From an uncultured Bacteroidales bacterium (GTDB lineage: Bacteria; Bacteroidota; Bacteroidia; Bacteroidales; WCHB1-69), in assembly GCA_937901925.1 (NCBI GenBank), contig CALGTS010000056.1, positions 5,102-69,101 on the forward strand: 64,000 nucleotides of DNA, read 5' to 3'. Both the position numbers and the translations under genes were made by a program. The notes below the pieces were generated by a model. It was not told where the DNA came from, ran no database searches, and saw only the letters and a list, made by a program, of their open reading frames with translations. Shown piece by piece: positions 1 to 9,697 of the stretch; positions within the stretch are counted from its first letter, which is position 1; each line of letters starts with the position of its first letter.

Positions 1-2389
1 CAAAAGACACTAACGTTGGAGGAACGTGTTTGTCTTTAAAAGTTCCGCTCATCGAATCTTTACCACCAATTGAAGGTAGGTGGAAGGCATTTTGCAAATA
101 AACAGCACCCAAAAGTGCGGAGAATGGTTTGCCCCAACGCAACTCATCTTTACCCAATTTTTCAAAATATTCTTGGAAGGTAAAACGGATTTTCTTGTAA
201 TCGCCACCCGTAGCTACAATTTTTGCAATAGATTCAAGGATAGCAAATTGTGAGCCATGGAAGGGTGATTTTTCTGAGATGAAAGGATTGTATCCGAAAG
301 TCAAGATGGAAGCGGTGTCAGTGGTTCCGTAGCGTACAGGAAGTTTTTGAACGCCAGCTTGTGATTCGGTAAGTTGATATTTTCCGCCGAAAGGCATCAT
401 CACAGTTGTAGCACCAATGGTAGAATCGAACATCTCAATCATACCTTTTTGTGATGCGACATTACGGTTACTCATCAAGTTGCAAACTTTCTCTTCCATT
501 GTTTTGCCATTTACAGCTAATGGCTCGAGAATATTATCAGGAATAGAATCAACCTTTACATTGGTTTTTTGGCGAACGCCAGAAGTGTTGATAAAATTGC
601 GGCTTAGGTTTACTATATATTCTCCATTCCATTTGATTTTCAGACGATTATCATCAGTAATATAGGCAATAATTGTGGCTTCAATATTTTCTAACCGGCA
701 AAAATCGAAGAATTTGTCCACATCGTTTTTATCCACAACCACGCTCATTCTCTCTTGAGATTCGCTGATAGCGAGTTCTGATCCGTTCAAGCCTTTATAT
801 TTGGTTTTTACGGCGTTTAGGTCGATGTCGAGGCCGTCAGCAAGTTCTCCGATAGCCACGCTTACGCCGCCAGCGCCAAAGTCGTTGGATTTCTTCACCA
901 AGCGGGTAACTTCTGGATTGCGGAAAAGGTGTTGAATTTTGCGTTCTTCAGGAGCGTTTCCTTTTTGAACTTCTGCTGCACAGATTTCGAGAGAACTTTC
1001 CGTATGCTCTTTTGATGAACCAGTGGCACCTCCAATACCATCGCGACCCGTTCTTCCACCAAACATAATTACAACATCGCCAGGTTCTGGTTGTTCGCGG
1101 CGTACAGCATCAGCAGGTACAGCGCCTACAACAGCCCCGATTTCAAGACGTTTTGCCTTGTACCCGTCGTGATAAATTTCGCGAACGTGTGTACATGCCA
1201 ATCCAATCTGGTTTCCGTAAGAGGAATAGCCGTGCGCTGCTGTTTTGGAAATTACACGCTGAGGTAGCTTGCCTTCCATTGTTTGGTCTAAAGATTCGGT
1301 AATGTTACCAGCTCCCGTAACGCGCATTGCTTGATAAACGTAGCTACGACCGCTCAACGGATCGCGGATAGCTCCGCCCACACAGGTTGATGCACCTCCA
1401 AAAGGCTCAATTTCTGTTGGGTGGTTGTGGGTTTCGTTTTTAAACATCAACAACCACTTTTCTAATTTTCCGTCCACATCTACATCCACATAAACGCTGC
1501 ACGCGTTGATTTCGTCCGAAACCTCCATATCATCAAGGTTGCCCAACTTGCGCTCGCTCTTGCCGCACAAGGTTGCCATATCCATCAAGGTCATCGGCTT
1601 TCTGCCGTTATGAACATAATTTCTTAATTCAAGATATTGGTTGTATGCATTTTGAAGCTGTTCACTGAACGTTGAAGGTTCAAAAGTAATATTGGAAAGT
1701 TCTGTTTCAAAAGTGGTATGTCGGCAGTGGTCGCTCCAATAGGTATCCAAAACTTTAATCTCTGTTTCTGTCGGATTACGATGCTCCTCATTTTTGAAAT
1801 AATCTTGGATAAAAAGTAGGTCTTCAAGCGACATTGCTAAAGACATCTTTTGGAGAAAATCGGCAATTTCTTCTTTAGAATAGTTTATAAATCCCTCAAA
1901 AACGGGAATTTTTGCGATGTTAATAGTTTCAGAAGCATCTAAAACAGACAAATCTTTTTCGCGAGCTTCTACTTCGTTAATGCAATATTTTTTTATACGT
2001 TTCAAGTCTGGCTCGGTAACATTATCCACAATGATAAGTTTTGCACTTTTGATGGTTACGTTACTTTGTGGGTCAAGAAGAGATACGCACTGCATTGCAC
2101 TATCGGCGCGTTGGTCAAACTGGCCAGGAAGAAATTCAGTTGCAAAGTAGATTTTGTCTTGTAAATCAATGGTATCAAAAATATCATCGGTTACAGGCTC
2201 TGAAAAGACCGATTTTTTTGCTTTCTCAAAAAGTTCTTCGTTAATATTGAAAATATCGTATAAATTAATCAACCTAAGTTGTTGAATGTTAAGGTTTAAA
2301 TTATTGTTTAAATCGTTGCGCAACTGTTCTGCTTCAACGCGGAAATTTTCCTTTTTTTCAACAAAAATTCTAATTTTCTGAATATTCAT
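1..2389 (-). CDS. purL: phosphoribosylformylglycinamidine (FGAM) synthase, single-chain large form; N-terminal ~796 codons, 3' end lies beyond position 1
   Basis: Absent from the ORF track because there is no in-window stop. My reverse-strand translation from the ATG at 2389 stays open to position 1: MNIQKIRIFVEKKENFRVEAEQL...DTYWSDHCRHTTFETEL...FKNETHNHPTEIEPFGGASTCVGGAIRDP...MFGGRTGRDGIGGATGSS...NDFGAGGVSVAIGELADG. These are PurL hallmark motifs. Confidence 0.9.
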   Translation of the reverse strand, partial: MNIQKIRIFVEKKENFRVEAEQLRNDLNNNLNLNIQQLRLINLYDIFNINEELFEKAKKSVFSEPVTDDIFDTIDLQDKIYFATEFLPGQFDQRADSAMQCVSLLDPQSNVTIKSAKLIIVDNVTEPDLKRIKKYCINEVEAREKDLSVLDASETINIAKIPVFEGFINYSKEEIADFLQKMSLAMSLEDLLFIQDYFKNEEHRNPTETEIKVLDTYWSDHCRHTTFETELSNITFEPSTFSEQLQNAYNQYLELRNYVHNGRKPMTLMDMATLCGKSERKLGNLDDMEVSDEINACSVYVDVDVDGKLEKWLLMFKNETHNHPTEIEPFGGASTCVGGAIRDPLSGRSYVYQAMRVTGAGNITESLDQTMEGKLPQRVISKTAAHGYSSYGNQIGLACTHVREIYHDGYKAKRLEIGAVVGAVPADAVRREQPEPGDVVIMFGGRTGRDGIGGATGSSKEHTESSLEICAAEVQKGNAPEERKIQHLFRNPEVTRLVKKSNDFGAGGVSVAIGELADGLDIDLNAVKTKYKGLNGSELAISESQERMSVVVDKNDVDKFFDFCRLENIEATIIAYITDDNRLKIKWNGEYIVNLSRNFINTSGVRQKTNVKVDSIPDNILEPLAVNGKTMEEKVCNLMSNRNVASQKGMIEMFDSTIGATTVMMPFGGKYQLTESQAGVQKLPVRYGTTDTASILTFGYNPFISEKSPFHGSQFAILESIAKIVATGGDYKKIRFTFQEYFEKLGKDELRWGKPFSALLGAVYLQNAFHLPSIGGKDSMSGTFKDKHVPPTLVSF

Positions 2390-2409
2390 TTTTATAGTTT
2401 TTTAACGTG

Positions 2410-2417
2410 CAAAGATA
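2410..2417 (-). promoter_or_regulatory. putative Bacteroidota -7 promoter box for purL
   Basis: Minus strand reads TATCTTTG, matching the TAnnTTTG consensus, about 21 nt upstream of the purL ATG. Confidence 0.4.
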
Positions 2418-2471
2418 ATAAAAAACATTGTTATCTTACCATTTTAAAATCAAATTTATTTGATGAAAGAT

Positions 2472-2502
2472 AAAAAAAGCTGAACCCTTTCAAGTCCAGC
2501 TT
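2472..2502 (-). terminator. rho-independent terminator downstream of recQ
   Basis: Minus strand has AAGCTGGAC-(8-nt loop)-GTTCAGCTT, a 9-bp stem with one G-U pair, followed by a T7 run. It lies 16 nt after the recQ stop. Confidence 0.55.
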
Positions 2503-2517
2503 TGTCTATTTTTCTTA

Positions 2518-4719
2518 TTAATTTCCTACGTCAGAGAGATATTTAATTCTCATAATGCGAATCTCTTCCAAAGAGTATTCATCTTCACCTAACTCATTGA
2601 CTGCAGCATCAATAGAATCGCTATCTGCTTCAGAGAAATATTCTAAAATCTCCTCTTGGTGATAAATATCAATATATTCTTCAATATAATAATTGATGTC
2701 CAATTTGGTTCCTGAAGCGACAATGCTTTCAATTTCTGTAATCAAATCCTCCATCTCAATACCTTTTGCCATAGCAATGTTCTCGAAACTCAATTTTCTA
2801 TCAATGCTTTGAATAATAAAGAGTTTGATATCTGATTTTTTAGCAACAGATTTAACGATAAAATCCTGAGGACGAACAATTTCATTCTCTTCTACATATT
2901 TTTTGATAAGGTCGATGAAAGGTTGTCCATATTTTTGAGCTTTTCCTGCGCCTACTCCGCTGATGTGGTTCATCTCCTCCATTGTGGTTGGATATTGGAT
3001 ACACATATCCTCGAGTGATGGGTCTTGGAAGATGATATAGGGTGGAAGATTTTCTTTGTTAGAGATGGTTTTTCGTAAATCTTTTAGCAACGAGAAGAGC
3101 ACTTTATCGGAGGCACCGCCTTTTTCTGGAGTAATATCTTCCATATCGTCAACGTCATCATCGCTATCCTCTTTTTTAGGTTTTACCACGTTGATGGCGT
3201 AAGGGTTTGCCAAATATTTTTCACCTTTTGCAGATATTTTTAATAATCCGTAATTTTCAATATCTTTATAGATAAGTTCTTCAAAGATAGCAACGCGAAT
3301 TACATTTGCCCAGAATTTCTCATCAAACTCTTCTCCTTCTCCAAACTGTTTGAGCTTTTGGTGTTTAAATTTTTGGATCGAAGTGGTTGAATTTCCTCTT
3401 ACAATATCAATAATGTGTGAATCTTGGAATTGTTGTTTTACGGTTTGGATAACCTCAATAATTAGTTGAATCTGTTCTGAAGCGTTCATTTTAGGTTTTG
3501 GGTGGATGCAGACATCGCAATTTTGACAATTTTCATTTTCATAATTTTCACCAAAATAGTGTAGTAGATGTTTTCTACGGCAGCTTGTTGTTTCGGCGTA
3601 AGCAGCGGTTTCTGCCAACAACTGTTTTACAATCTCTTGTTCTGCTACGGCTTTTTTTGTAGAGAATTTTTCAAGTTTATGCAGATCTTTGATGTCATAG
3701 AAAGCAATACAAATTCCTTCGCCATCATCACGACCAGCGCGGCCTGTTTCTTGATAATAGCCTTCCAAACTCTTAGGCATATCGTAGTGAATTACGAAAC
3801 GCACATCTGGTTTGTCGATTCCCATTCCAAAAGCGATAGTGGCTACAATAATTTCTATCTTTTCCATCAAGAAAGCATCTTGGTTGGCAACCCGGGTATG
3901 AGAATCTAAGCCTGCATGATAAGGAAGTGCTCGAATTTTGTTAGCTTGTAAAAATTCAGCTAATTCTTCTACCTTTTTCCGGCTCAAACAATAGATAATT
4001 CCCGATTTATTGGGATGACTTTTTATAAACTTAACAATCTCTTTGTCAACATCTTTTGTTTTCTCTCGTACTTCATAGTATAAGTTAGAGCGGTTGAAAG
4101 AGGAGATGAAAACATCAGCTTTTTCAATAGCCAAATTCTTTTGGATATCGCTTTGTACTTTGGGCGTTGCGGTTGCAGTAAGTGCAATAATGGGAACTTT
4201 CTTTCCGATGTTGTCAATAATAGTTCTAATTCTACGATATTCTGGGCGGAAATCGTGTCCCCATTCAGAAATACAATGCGCCTCATCAATAGCAAAGAAT
4301 GAGATATTTATATCTTGAAAGAATTCCACATTTTCATCTTTCGTCAAGGTTTCGGGGGCTACATAAAGAAGTTTGGTTTTCCCTGCAAGCAGGTCCTCTT
4401 TTACTTCTCTGATTTCAGCTTTTGTCAACGAAGAATTGAGGAAATGTGCAACTCCTAATTCAGTTCCGAAATTGCGAATTGCATCTACTTGATTTTTCAT
4501 CAAAGCGATAAGTGGTGAGATGACAATCGCAGTACCTTTTGTCAGAAGTGCTGGCAGTTGGTAGCATAATGATTTCCCACCGCCAGTTGGCATAATTACA
4601 AAACAATCTTTTCCTTTCAGTAAGGATTGGATAATTTTTAATTGATCACCTTTAAAACTTGAAAATCCAAAAAATTTCTTCAGTTTTTTTTGAATTTCGC
4701 TATCCGAAATATTTTGCAT
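2518..4719 (-). CDS. recQ: ATP-dependent DNA helicase RecQ
   Basis: 733-aa ORF with MPTGGGKSLCYQLPA (Walker A), DEAHCISEWGHDFRPEY (DEAH box) and a Zn-binding CxxC region (CQNCDVC). It has an HRDC-like region and a long acidic C-terminal extension. Confidence 0.95.
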   Translation of the reverse strand: MQNISDSEIQKKLKKFFGFSSFKGDQLKIIQSLLKGKDCFVIMPTGGGKSLCYQLPALLTKGTAIVISPLIALMKNQVDAIRNFGTELGVAHFLNSSLTKAEIREVKEDLLAGKTKLLYVAPETLTKDENVEFFQDINISFFAIDEAHCISEWGHDFRPEYRRIRTIIDNIGKKVPIIALTATATPKVQSDIQKNLAIEKADVFISSFNRSNLYYEVREKTKDVDKEIVKFIKSHPNKSGIIYCLSRKKVEELAEFLQANKIRALPYHAGLDSHTRVANQDAFLMEKIEIIVATIAFGMGIDKPDVRFVIHYDMPKSLEGYYQETGRAGRDDGEGICIAFYDIKDLHKLEKFSTKKAVAEQEIVKQLLAETAAYAETTSCRRKHLLHYFGENYENENCQNCDVCIHPKPKMNASEQIQLIIEVIQTVKQQFQDSHIIDIVRGNSTTSIQKFKHQKLKQFGEGEEFDEKFWANVIRVAIFEELIYKDIENYGLLKISAKGEKYLANPYAINVVKPKKEDSDDDVDDMEDITPEKGGASDKVLFSLLKDLRKTISNKENLPPYIIFQDPSLEDMCIQYPTTMEEMNHISGVGAGKAQKYGQPFIDLIKKYVEENEIVRPQDFIVKSVAKKSDIKLFIIQSIDRKLSFENIAMAKGIEMEDLITEIESIVASGTKLDINYYIEEYIDIYHQEEILEYFSEADSDSIDAAVNELGEDEYSLEEIRIMRIKYLSDVGN

Positions 4720-4867
4720 AACTACAACTTTTATCTATATTGATTAATGCTGATATTTGCTTTGAAAATTGAAAAAACAAAAGTATAAAAAATGTATTAT
4801 CTTTTACCCTTAGAAATAATTTTATTTTGAATTTTTGTGTAAAGTATTGATTATTAGATAAATATTT

Positions 4868-5833
4868 TTACCACGTTCTGTTTTTTGCTAAATATTGTTG
4901 TACATAATCGCGTACTGATATTTCTAAAGATCGAAAAGCTTTGGCTTTTCCAACTCTTTTCAACCTCCGAATGTCGGCTTGTGTGTAATATTGATATTTC
5001 TCCCGAATATCTTGCGGCATATCTACAAATTCGATATTAGGTTCTATTTTTAAAGCCTTGAAAGTTGCTTGCGCCAATGCAATAAATGGGCGGGCATAGC
5101 CAGTACCTAAATTGTAAATTCCACTTTGAGGTTTGTGATTCATAAACCACGCAATGGTGTTAACCACATCTTTTACATATATGAAATCTCGGGTTTGTTC
5201 GCCATCTTTAAAATCGGGACGATGTGATTTGAATAGTTTGGTCTGTTGATTTTCTTGAATTTGATTAAAAGAGTGAAAAACTACCGAAGCCATTCTTCCT
5301 TTATGATATTCATTGGGCCCGAAAACGTTGAAAAATTTGAAACCCGTCCAGAAAGGTGGTTGATTAGATTGTTTTAGTACCCATTTATCAAACTCATTTT
5401 TCGATTTTCCGTAGGGATTGAGCGGTTGTAATTTGGGAATGAGGATTGGGTCGTCGCTGTAGCCAAATTCTCCGTTTCCGTATGTGGCTGCCGAAGATGC
5501 ATAAATTAGCGGAATTTGATGTTTTGCTGCCAATTCCCATATCCGGCGAGAGTAGGAAACGTTTAATTCTTCAAAGATGGAGTAGTCGAATTCGGTTGTG
5601 TCGGTGCGTGCTCCAAGATGTACGATAAATTCTATCTGTTGCGCATTCTTCTCTGCCCACGCAAAAAAGTCATTGCGATGAATTTTATCAATATACTTTT
5701 TACTCTCCCAATTTCTCCGTTTTTTCTCATTCGAGAAATCGTCAACCATAATAATATTTTCAAAACCACGATTGTTAAGCCTTGCAACTAAACAACTCCC
5801 AATAAAGCCTGCAGCCCCTGTAATGACTATCAT
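4868..5833 (-). CDS. hldD: ADP-L-glycero-D-manno-heptose 6-epimerase
   Basis: Start trimmed to MIVITGAAGFIGS (Rossmann motif). YASSAATYG, NPYGKSK (YxxxK), FNVFGPNEYHKGRMASV and YYTQADIRRL align colinearly with my memory of E. coli HldD. Confidence 0.85.
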   Translation of the reverse strand: MIVITGAAGFIGSCLVARLNNRGFENIIMVDDFSNEKKRRNWESKKYIDKIHRNDFFAWAEKNAQQIEFIVHLGARTDTTEFDYSIFEELNVSYSRRIWELAAKHQIPLIYASSAATYGNGEFGYSDDPILIPKLQPLNPYGKSKNEFDKWVLKQSNQPPFWTGFKFFNVFGPNEYHKGRMASVVFHSFNQIQENQQTKLFKSHRPDFKDGEQTRDFIYVKDVVNTIAWFMNHKPQSGIYNLGTGYARPFIALAQATFKALKIEPNIEFVDMPQDIREKYQYYTQADIRRLKRVGKAKAFRSLEISVRDYVQQYLAKNRTW

Positions 5834-5855
5834 AAAAGCACAATTAAATTTTGTG

Positions 5856-5863
5856 CAAATATA
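5856..5863 (-). promoter_or_regulatory. putative -7 box for hldD
   Basis: Minus strand reads TATATTTG, 23 nt upstream of the trimmed hldD ATG. Confidence 0.4.
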
Positions 5864-5920
5864 GTGAACTTTTTCCAAAAAAGTGAGATTATTCTATAGT
5901 TCAAATAAAAAAAGTTTCGG

Positions 5921-5928
5921 TATTTTTG
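5921..5928 (+). promoter_or_regulatory. putative -7 box for tadA
   Basis: TATTTTTG ends 5 nt before the tadA ATG at 5933. This implies a leaderless or near-leaderless mRNA, or use of the internal Met at 5957. Confidence 0.35.
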
Positions 5929-5932
5929 CAGA

Positions 5933-6376
5933 ATGATTTTTACGGAAGAATATTTCATGCAGCAAGCCTATTTAGAGGCAGAAAAAGCATACGAGGCTGG
6001 AGAGATTCCCGTAGGCGCAGTGGTAGTACTACAAGACAAAATTATTGGTAGGGGATATAACCTAACGCAACGCCTGCAAGATGTAACCGCTCACGCCGAA
6101 ATTCAAGCGATAACAGCAGCATCTAATTATTTGGGAGCTAAATACTTAAATGATTGTACACTCTACGTTACTTTGGAACCTTGTGTGATGTGCGCAGGCG
6201 CTATTTTTTGGGCACAATTGGGTGGACTAATCTATGCTAGCTCCGATCCCAAACGTGGATTTTCTACCATAAATCAACAAATTCTTCATCCTAAAACAGT
6301 GGTGAAAAAGGGAATTCTGGAGCCTCAATGCACAGAAATTTTACTTCATTTTTTTAACCAAGTGCGTAAAAAATAA
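5933..6376 (+). CDS. tadA: tRNA adenosine(34) deaminase
   Basis: Shows the CDA-fold zinc motifs HAEIQAI and LEPCVMCAGAI and is 147 aa. Its substrate tRNA-Arg(ACG) is encoded at 29479-29552. Confidence 0.9.
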   Translation: MIFTEEYFMQQAYLEAEKAYEAGEIPVGAVVVLQDKIIGRGYNLTQRLQDVTAHAEIQAITAASNYLGAKYLNDCTLYVTLEPCVMCAGAIFWAQLGGLIYASSDPKRGFSTINQQILHPKTVVKKGILEPQCTEILLHFFNQVRKK

Positions 6377-6393
6377 ACTGAAATCGGAATAAA

Positions 6394-6993
6394 ATGAAAA
6401 AAAATCTTCTAACCCTTCTTCTAATTTTTGTAATTTCTCCGCTATTTTCGCAGGTTTTTGAAATTTTTTTCGACAAAGATTTCAGTACTTATAAGCCTGC
6501 CAATCAATCAATGGGTGTGCGCGCTTCCATAGGTTTTGATGGTTGGGCTGACAACTTAATAGTAAAGGCAAATTTTGGTTGGGCAAAGGCAAGTCCAACA
6601 CCAAAATTAAATGTGAAAAATATATATCAGAAGTTCGAATATCGAATTTCCGCTCATTATCAACTCCCCTTTAAAGAAAATTGGTTGTTCCAAGTAGGCG
6701 GCGGATTGTCATTCGTGAACCTGAAAAATAATAAAACTTTTTCAGAAGATTCTGTCAATACAATTGGCTTTTCAACGCTGGTGGATAATGGATATTTTAT
6801 CGGAGTTTCTGTTCCAATTTCTTTACATTATTATATAGGTCGAAAAGTGGGTTTAGGAATTTCTGCTACACCCATGTACAATTTTTTAGTAGCCAATCGT
6901 TGTAGTAATAGTGAATATGCTGCATTGTTTGATAAAAATCTTATCTTTGTGCAGTTGGAAGCAGGGCTAATTTTTAAATTTTCAGCAGAATAA
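6394..6993 (+). CDS. hypothetical small outer-membrane beta-barrel protein
   Basis: Signal peptide MKKNLLTLLLIFVISPLFSQ, alternating hydrophobic beta-strand pattern, and C-terminal LIFKF segment. Confidence 0.55.
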   Translation: MKKNLLTLLLIFVISPLFSQVFEIFFDKDFSTYKPANQSMGVRASIGFDGWADNLIVKANFGWAKASPTPKLNVKNIYQKFEYRISAHYQLPFKENWLFQVGGGLSFVNLKNNKTFSEDSVNTIGFSTLVDNGYFIGVSVPISLHYYIGRKVGLGISATPMYNFLVANRCSNSEYAALFDKNLIFVQLEAGLIFKFSAE

Positions 6994-7011
6994 GAATAAA
7001 ATACTATAAAT

Positions 7012-8406
7012 ATGTCATTAATATCTTCAATTTCAGGAATTAGAGGAACGATTGGTGGAAAAGTTGGTGAAAATCTTACCCCTATCGATATTGTGAAATA
7101 TGTGTCAGCATTTATTACACTTTTGAAAGAAAATGAACCAAACAAAACTTTGCGTATTGTGGTGGGGCGTGATGCGCGTATATCTGGCGAAATGGTTAGC
7201 TCTATCGTTTGCGGAACAATCCAAAGTATGGGTGCTGATGTAATTGATGTCGGCTTATCCACGACGCCTACCGTAGAAATGTCTGTTGTAAGTCATAAGG
7301 CAGATGGTGGAATTATCATTACAGCAAGTCATAACCCGATGCAATGGAATGCGTTGAAGTTGCTCCGTAGCAATGGTGAGTTTGTCTCTGGCGCTGATGG
7401 TGTACGCATTCAACAATGGGTGAAAGAGGCTAACTTTACCTATGCAGAGGCTAAGAAATTGGGTCATTATAGTTTTTACGAAAATGCTATTGCTGATCAT
7501 ATAGAGAAAATTCTAGCTCTAGAATGGGTAGATGTTGACGCCATTAGTCGTGCAAACTTTAACGTAGCTGTTGACGCAGTAAATTCTACAGGCGGAATTG
7601 CTATCGCTCAGTTGTTGAAAAAGTTGGGCGTGAAAAGAAGCACAATTCTCAACGGAGAACCTACAGGTGTTTTTGCGCACAATCCAGAACCACTTCCTGA
7701 GCATTTAGCAGAAATCTCTAACCTTATTGATAAAAATAGTTTTCACGTAGGTTTCGTGGTGGACCCCGACGTGGATCGCTTGGCAATTGTAATGGAAAAT
7801 GGTGAAATGTTTGGTGAAGAGTACTCTTTGGTGGCAATTGCTGATTATATTTTGCAAAATCAAAAAGGAAATACCGTTTCTAATCTCTCTTCTACCAGAG
7901 CTTTGCGCGATATTAGCGAAAAGTATGGTGTTTCGTATGCTGCCGCTGCTGTAGGAGAGGTAAACGTAGTGGAAAAGATGAAAGAAACCAACGCTATCAT
8001 TGGAGGCGAAGGAAATGGCGGAATTATCCTGCCTGCTTTACATTACGGAAGAGATGCGTTGGTGGGAATCGCTCTCTTTTTGACCTATATGGCTAAAACA
8101 AAGAAATCACCCGTACAGATTAAAAGCCAATTTCCATCCTATTTTATCTCTAAAAATAAAATCGAACTTAAACCCGAAACAAATGTGCCTCACATTTTAG
8201 ATTGTGTGGCTGAAAAATATAAAGCGTATAGTGTTAATAGAATAGACGGAGTGAAAGTAGATTTTGAAGATAATTGGATCCACCTTCGCGCTTCCAATAC
8301 CGAACCCATTATTCGTATCTATGCCGAAGCCGCAAATATGTCAATTGCCGAAAATTTGGCAAAAAAGATTTTGAATGATATTAAGGAAATTATTAACGAA
8401 CAATAA
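7012..8406 (+). CDS. glmM: phosphoglucosamine mutase (alpha-D-phosphohexomutase family)
   Basis: ISGIRGTIGG N-terminus, phosphoserine loop TASHNP, Mg site DPDVDR and sugar loop GGEGNGG. Length is 464 aa. Confidence 0.85.
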   Translation: MSLISSISGIRGTIGGKVGENLTPIDIVKYVSAFITLLKENEPNKTLRIVVGRDARISGEMVSSIVCGTIQSMGADVIDVGLSTTPTVEMSVVSHKADGGIIITASHNPMQWNALKLLRSNGEFVSGADGVRIQQWVKEANFTYAEAKKLGHYSFYENAIADHIEKILALEWVDVDAISRANFNVAVDAVNSTGGIAIAQLLKKLGVKRSTILNGEPTGVFAHNPEPLPEHLAEISNLIDKNSFHVGFVVDPDVDRLAIVMENGEMFGEEYSLVAIADYILQNQKGNTVSNLSSTRALRDISEKYGVSYAAAAVGEVNVVEKMKETNAIIGGEGNGGIILPALHYGRDALVGIALFLTYMAKTKKSPVQIKSQFPSYFISKNKIELKPETNVPHILDCVAEKYKAYSVNRIDGVKVDFEDNWIHLRASNTEPIIRIYAEAANMSIAENLAKKILNDIKEIINEQ

Positions 8407-8407
8407 T

Positions 8408-9697
8408 ATGAGATATAAACCCCTAAGTGCAGATTTTTACATCAGAAATCGCCAAAATGTAATCAATGAAATTGAAGAGGGTTCTTTGGTGTTGTTAACC
8501 TCGCACGATGAATATCCTCGTTGCGGAGATACCACTTTCCCATTTCGTCAAAATTCAGAATTGCTTTATCTTACAGGTATTGACCAAGAGGAAACTCTTT
8601 TGGCAATGGCACCTTGGCACCCTAATCCTGCTTATCGCGAAATTTTGTTTATTAAAAATCCATCTCCCGAGATGGTAATCTGGTTCGGACATCGCTTGAG
8701 TAAGGAGGATGCTACCCAAATTTCTGGTATTAAACAGGTGATTTTTACAGAAAATTTTGAATCCGTACTTCAAGATTTAATGGTGAATACAAAGCGTGTG
8801 TATATGCACCTCCCCGAAAGCCCTAGAATGAAAATGGTGCATCCAACCCAAGAGTTCCGTCTTGCTGAGCGATTGCGCAAAGAGTATCCTTTGCACGAAT
8901 TCAGACGATTGGCACCAATTTTGTATCCTCTTCGCAGTGTGAAACATCGTGAAGAGTTGGATGCCATGAAACACGCTTGCCAAATTACGGAGAAAGCGTT
9001 TGCGCGCGCCCTAAAAGCAGTAAAACCAGGAAAATATGAGTATGAAATCGAAGCGGAAATGACCTATGAAATGATAAAAAATGGCGCCTCCGGACACTCT
9101 TTCGCTCCAATTATCGCTTCAGGAAATGATACCTGCATTTTGCACTATATCAAAAATGATAAGGTAATGAAAGATGGGGATCTGTTGCTGATGGATTTCG
9201 GTGCTGAGTATGCTAATTATGCAGGCGATGCTTCTCGAACAATTCCCGTAAATGGGAAATTCTCACCACGCCAAAAACAGGTTTACAATGCCGTACTCTC
9301 AATCTATAAAGAAACGATTCCTCTTTTTAAACCTGGAATGAATATCCATAAAATCAATGATTTCGTTTTTAAAAGAATGGACGAAGAGTTGATAAAATTA
9401 GGCCTTTATACTGCAGAAGATGTGGCAAAACAAAATCCAGAGATGCCTCTGTTCAAAAAATATTATATGCATAATACTAGCCACTTTATAGGTTTAGATG
9501 TTCACGATGTAGGACAAAGAGATTGGACCTTTGAACCTGGAATGGTTTTGAGTTGTGAACCCGGAATCTACATAGCAGAAGAGGGAATTGGGGTGAGAAT
9601 TGAAACCGATGTTGTGGTAGCCGAAAATCCTATTGACTTAATGGCTGATATGCCTGTAGAAGTAGAAGAAATTGAAGAATTGATGAGTAAAAACTAA
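8408..9697 (+). CDS. pepP: Xaa-Pro aminopeptidase (M24B)
   Basis: Start trimmed to MRYKPL, 1 nt after the glmM stop. Has an AMP_N-type N-terminal domain (FRQNSELLYLTG) and M24 metal-ligand context (DFGAEYANYAGDASRT, HFIGLDVHD, EPGIY). Confidence 0.85.
   Translation: MRYKPLSADFYIRNRQNVINEIEEGSLVLLTSHDEYPRCGDTTFPFRQNSELLYLTGIDQEETLLAMAPWHPNPAYREILFIKNPSPEMVIWFGHRLSKEDATQISGIKQVIFTENFESVLQDLMVNTKRVYMHLPESPRMKMVHPTQEFRLAERLRKEYPLHEFRRLAPILYPLRSVKHREELDAMKHACQITEKAFARALKAVKPGKYEYEIEAEMTYEMIKNGASGHSFAPIIASGNDTCILHYIKNDKVMKDGDLLLMDFGAEYANYAGDASRTIPVNGKFSPRQKQVYNAVLSIYKETIPLFKPGMNIHKINDFVFKRMDEELIKLGLYTAEDVAKQNPEMPLFKKYYMHNTSHFIGLDVHDVGQRDWTFEPGMVLSCEPGIYIAEEGIGVRIETDVVVAENPIDLMADMPVEVEEIEELMSKN

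Noticed and set aside
6831-7262. 143-aa minus-strand ORF spanning the OMP/glmM junction.
   Set aside because: It lies antisense to two well-supported genes and has no recognisable motifs. The same applies to other antisense ORFs in the track, such as 11804-12277, 17954-18313, 35026-35397, 36164-36559 and 36851-37294.
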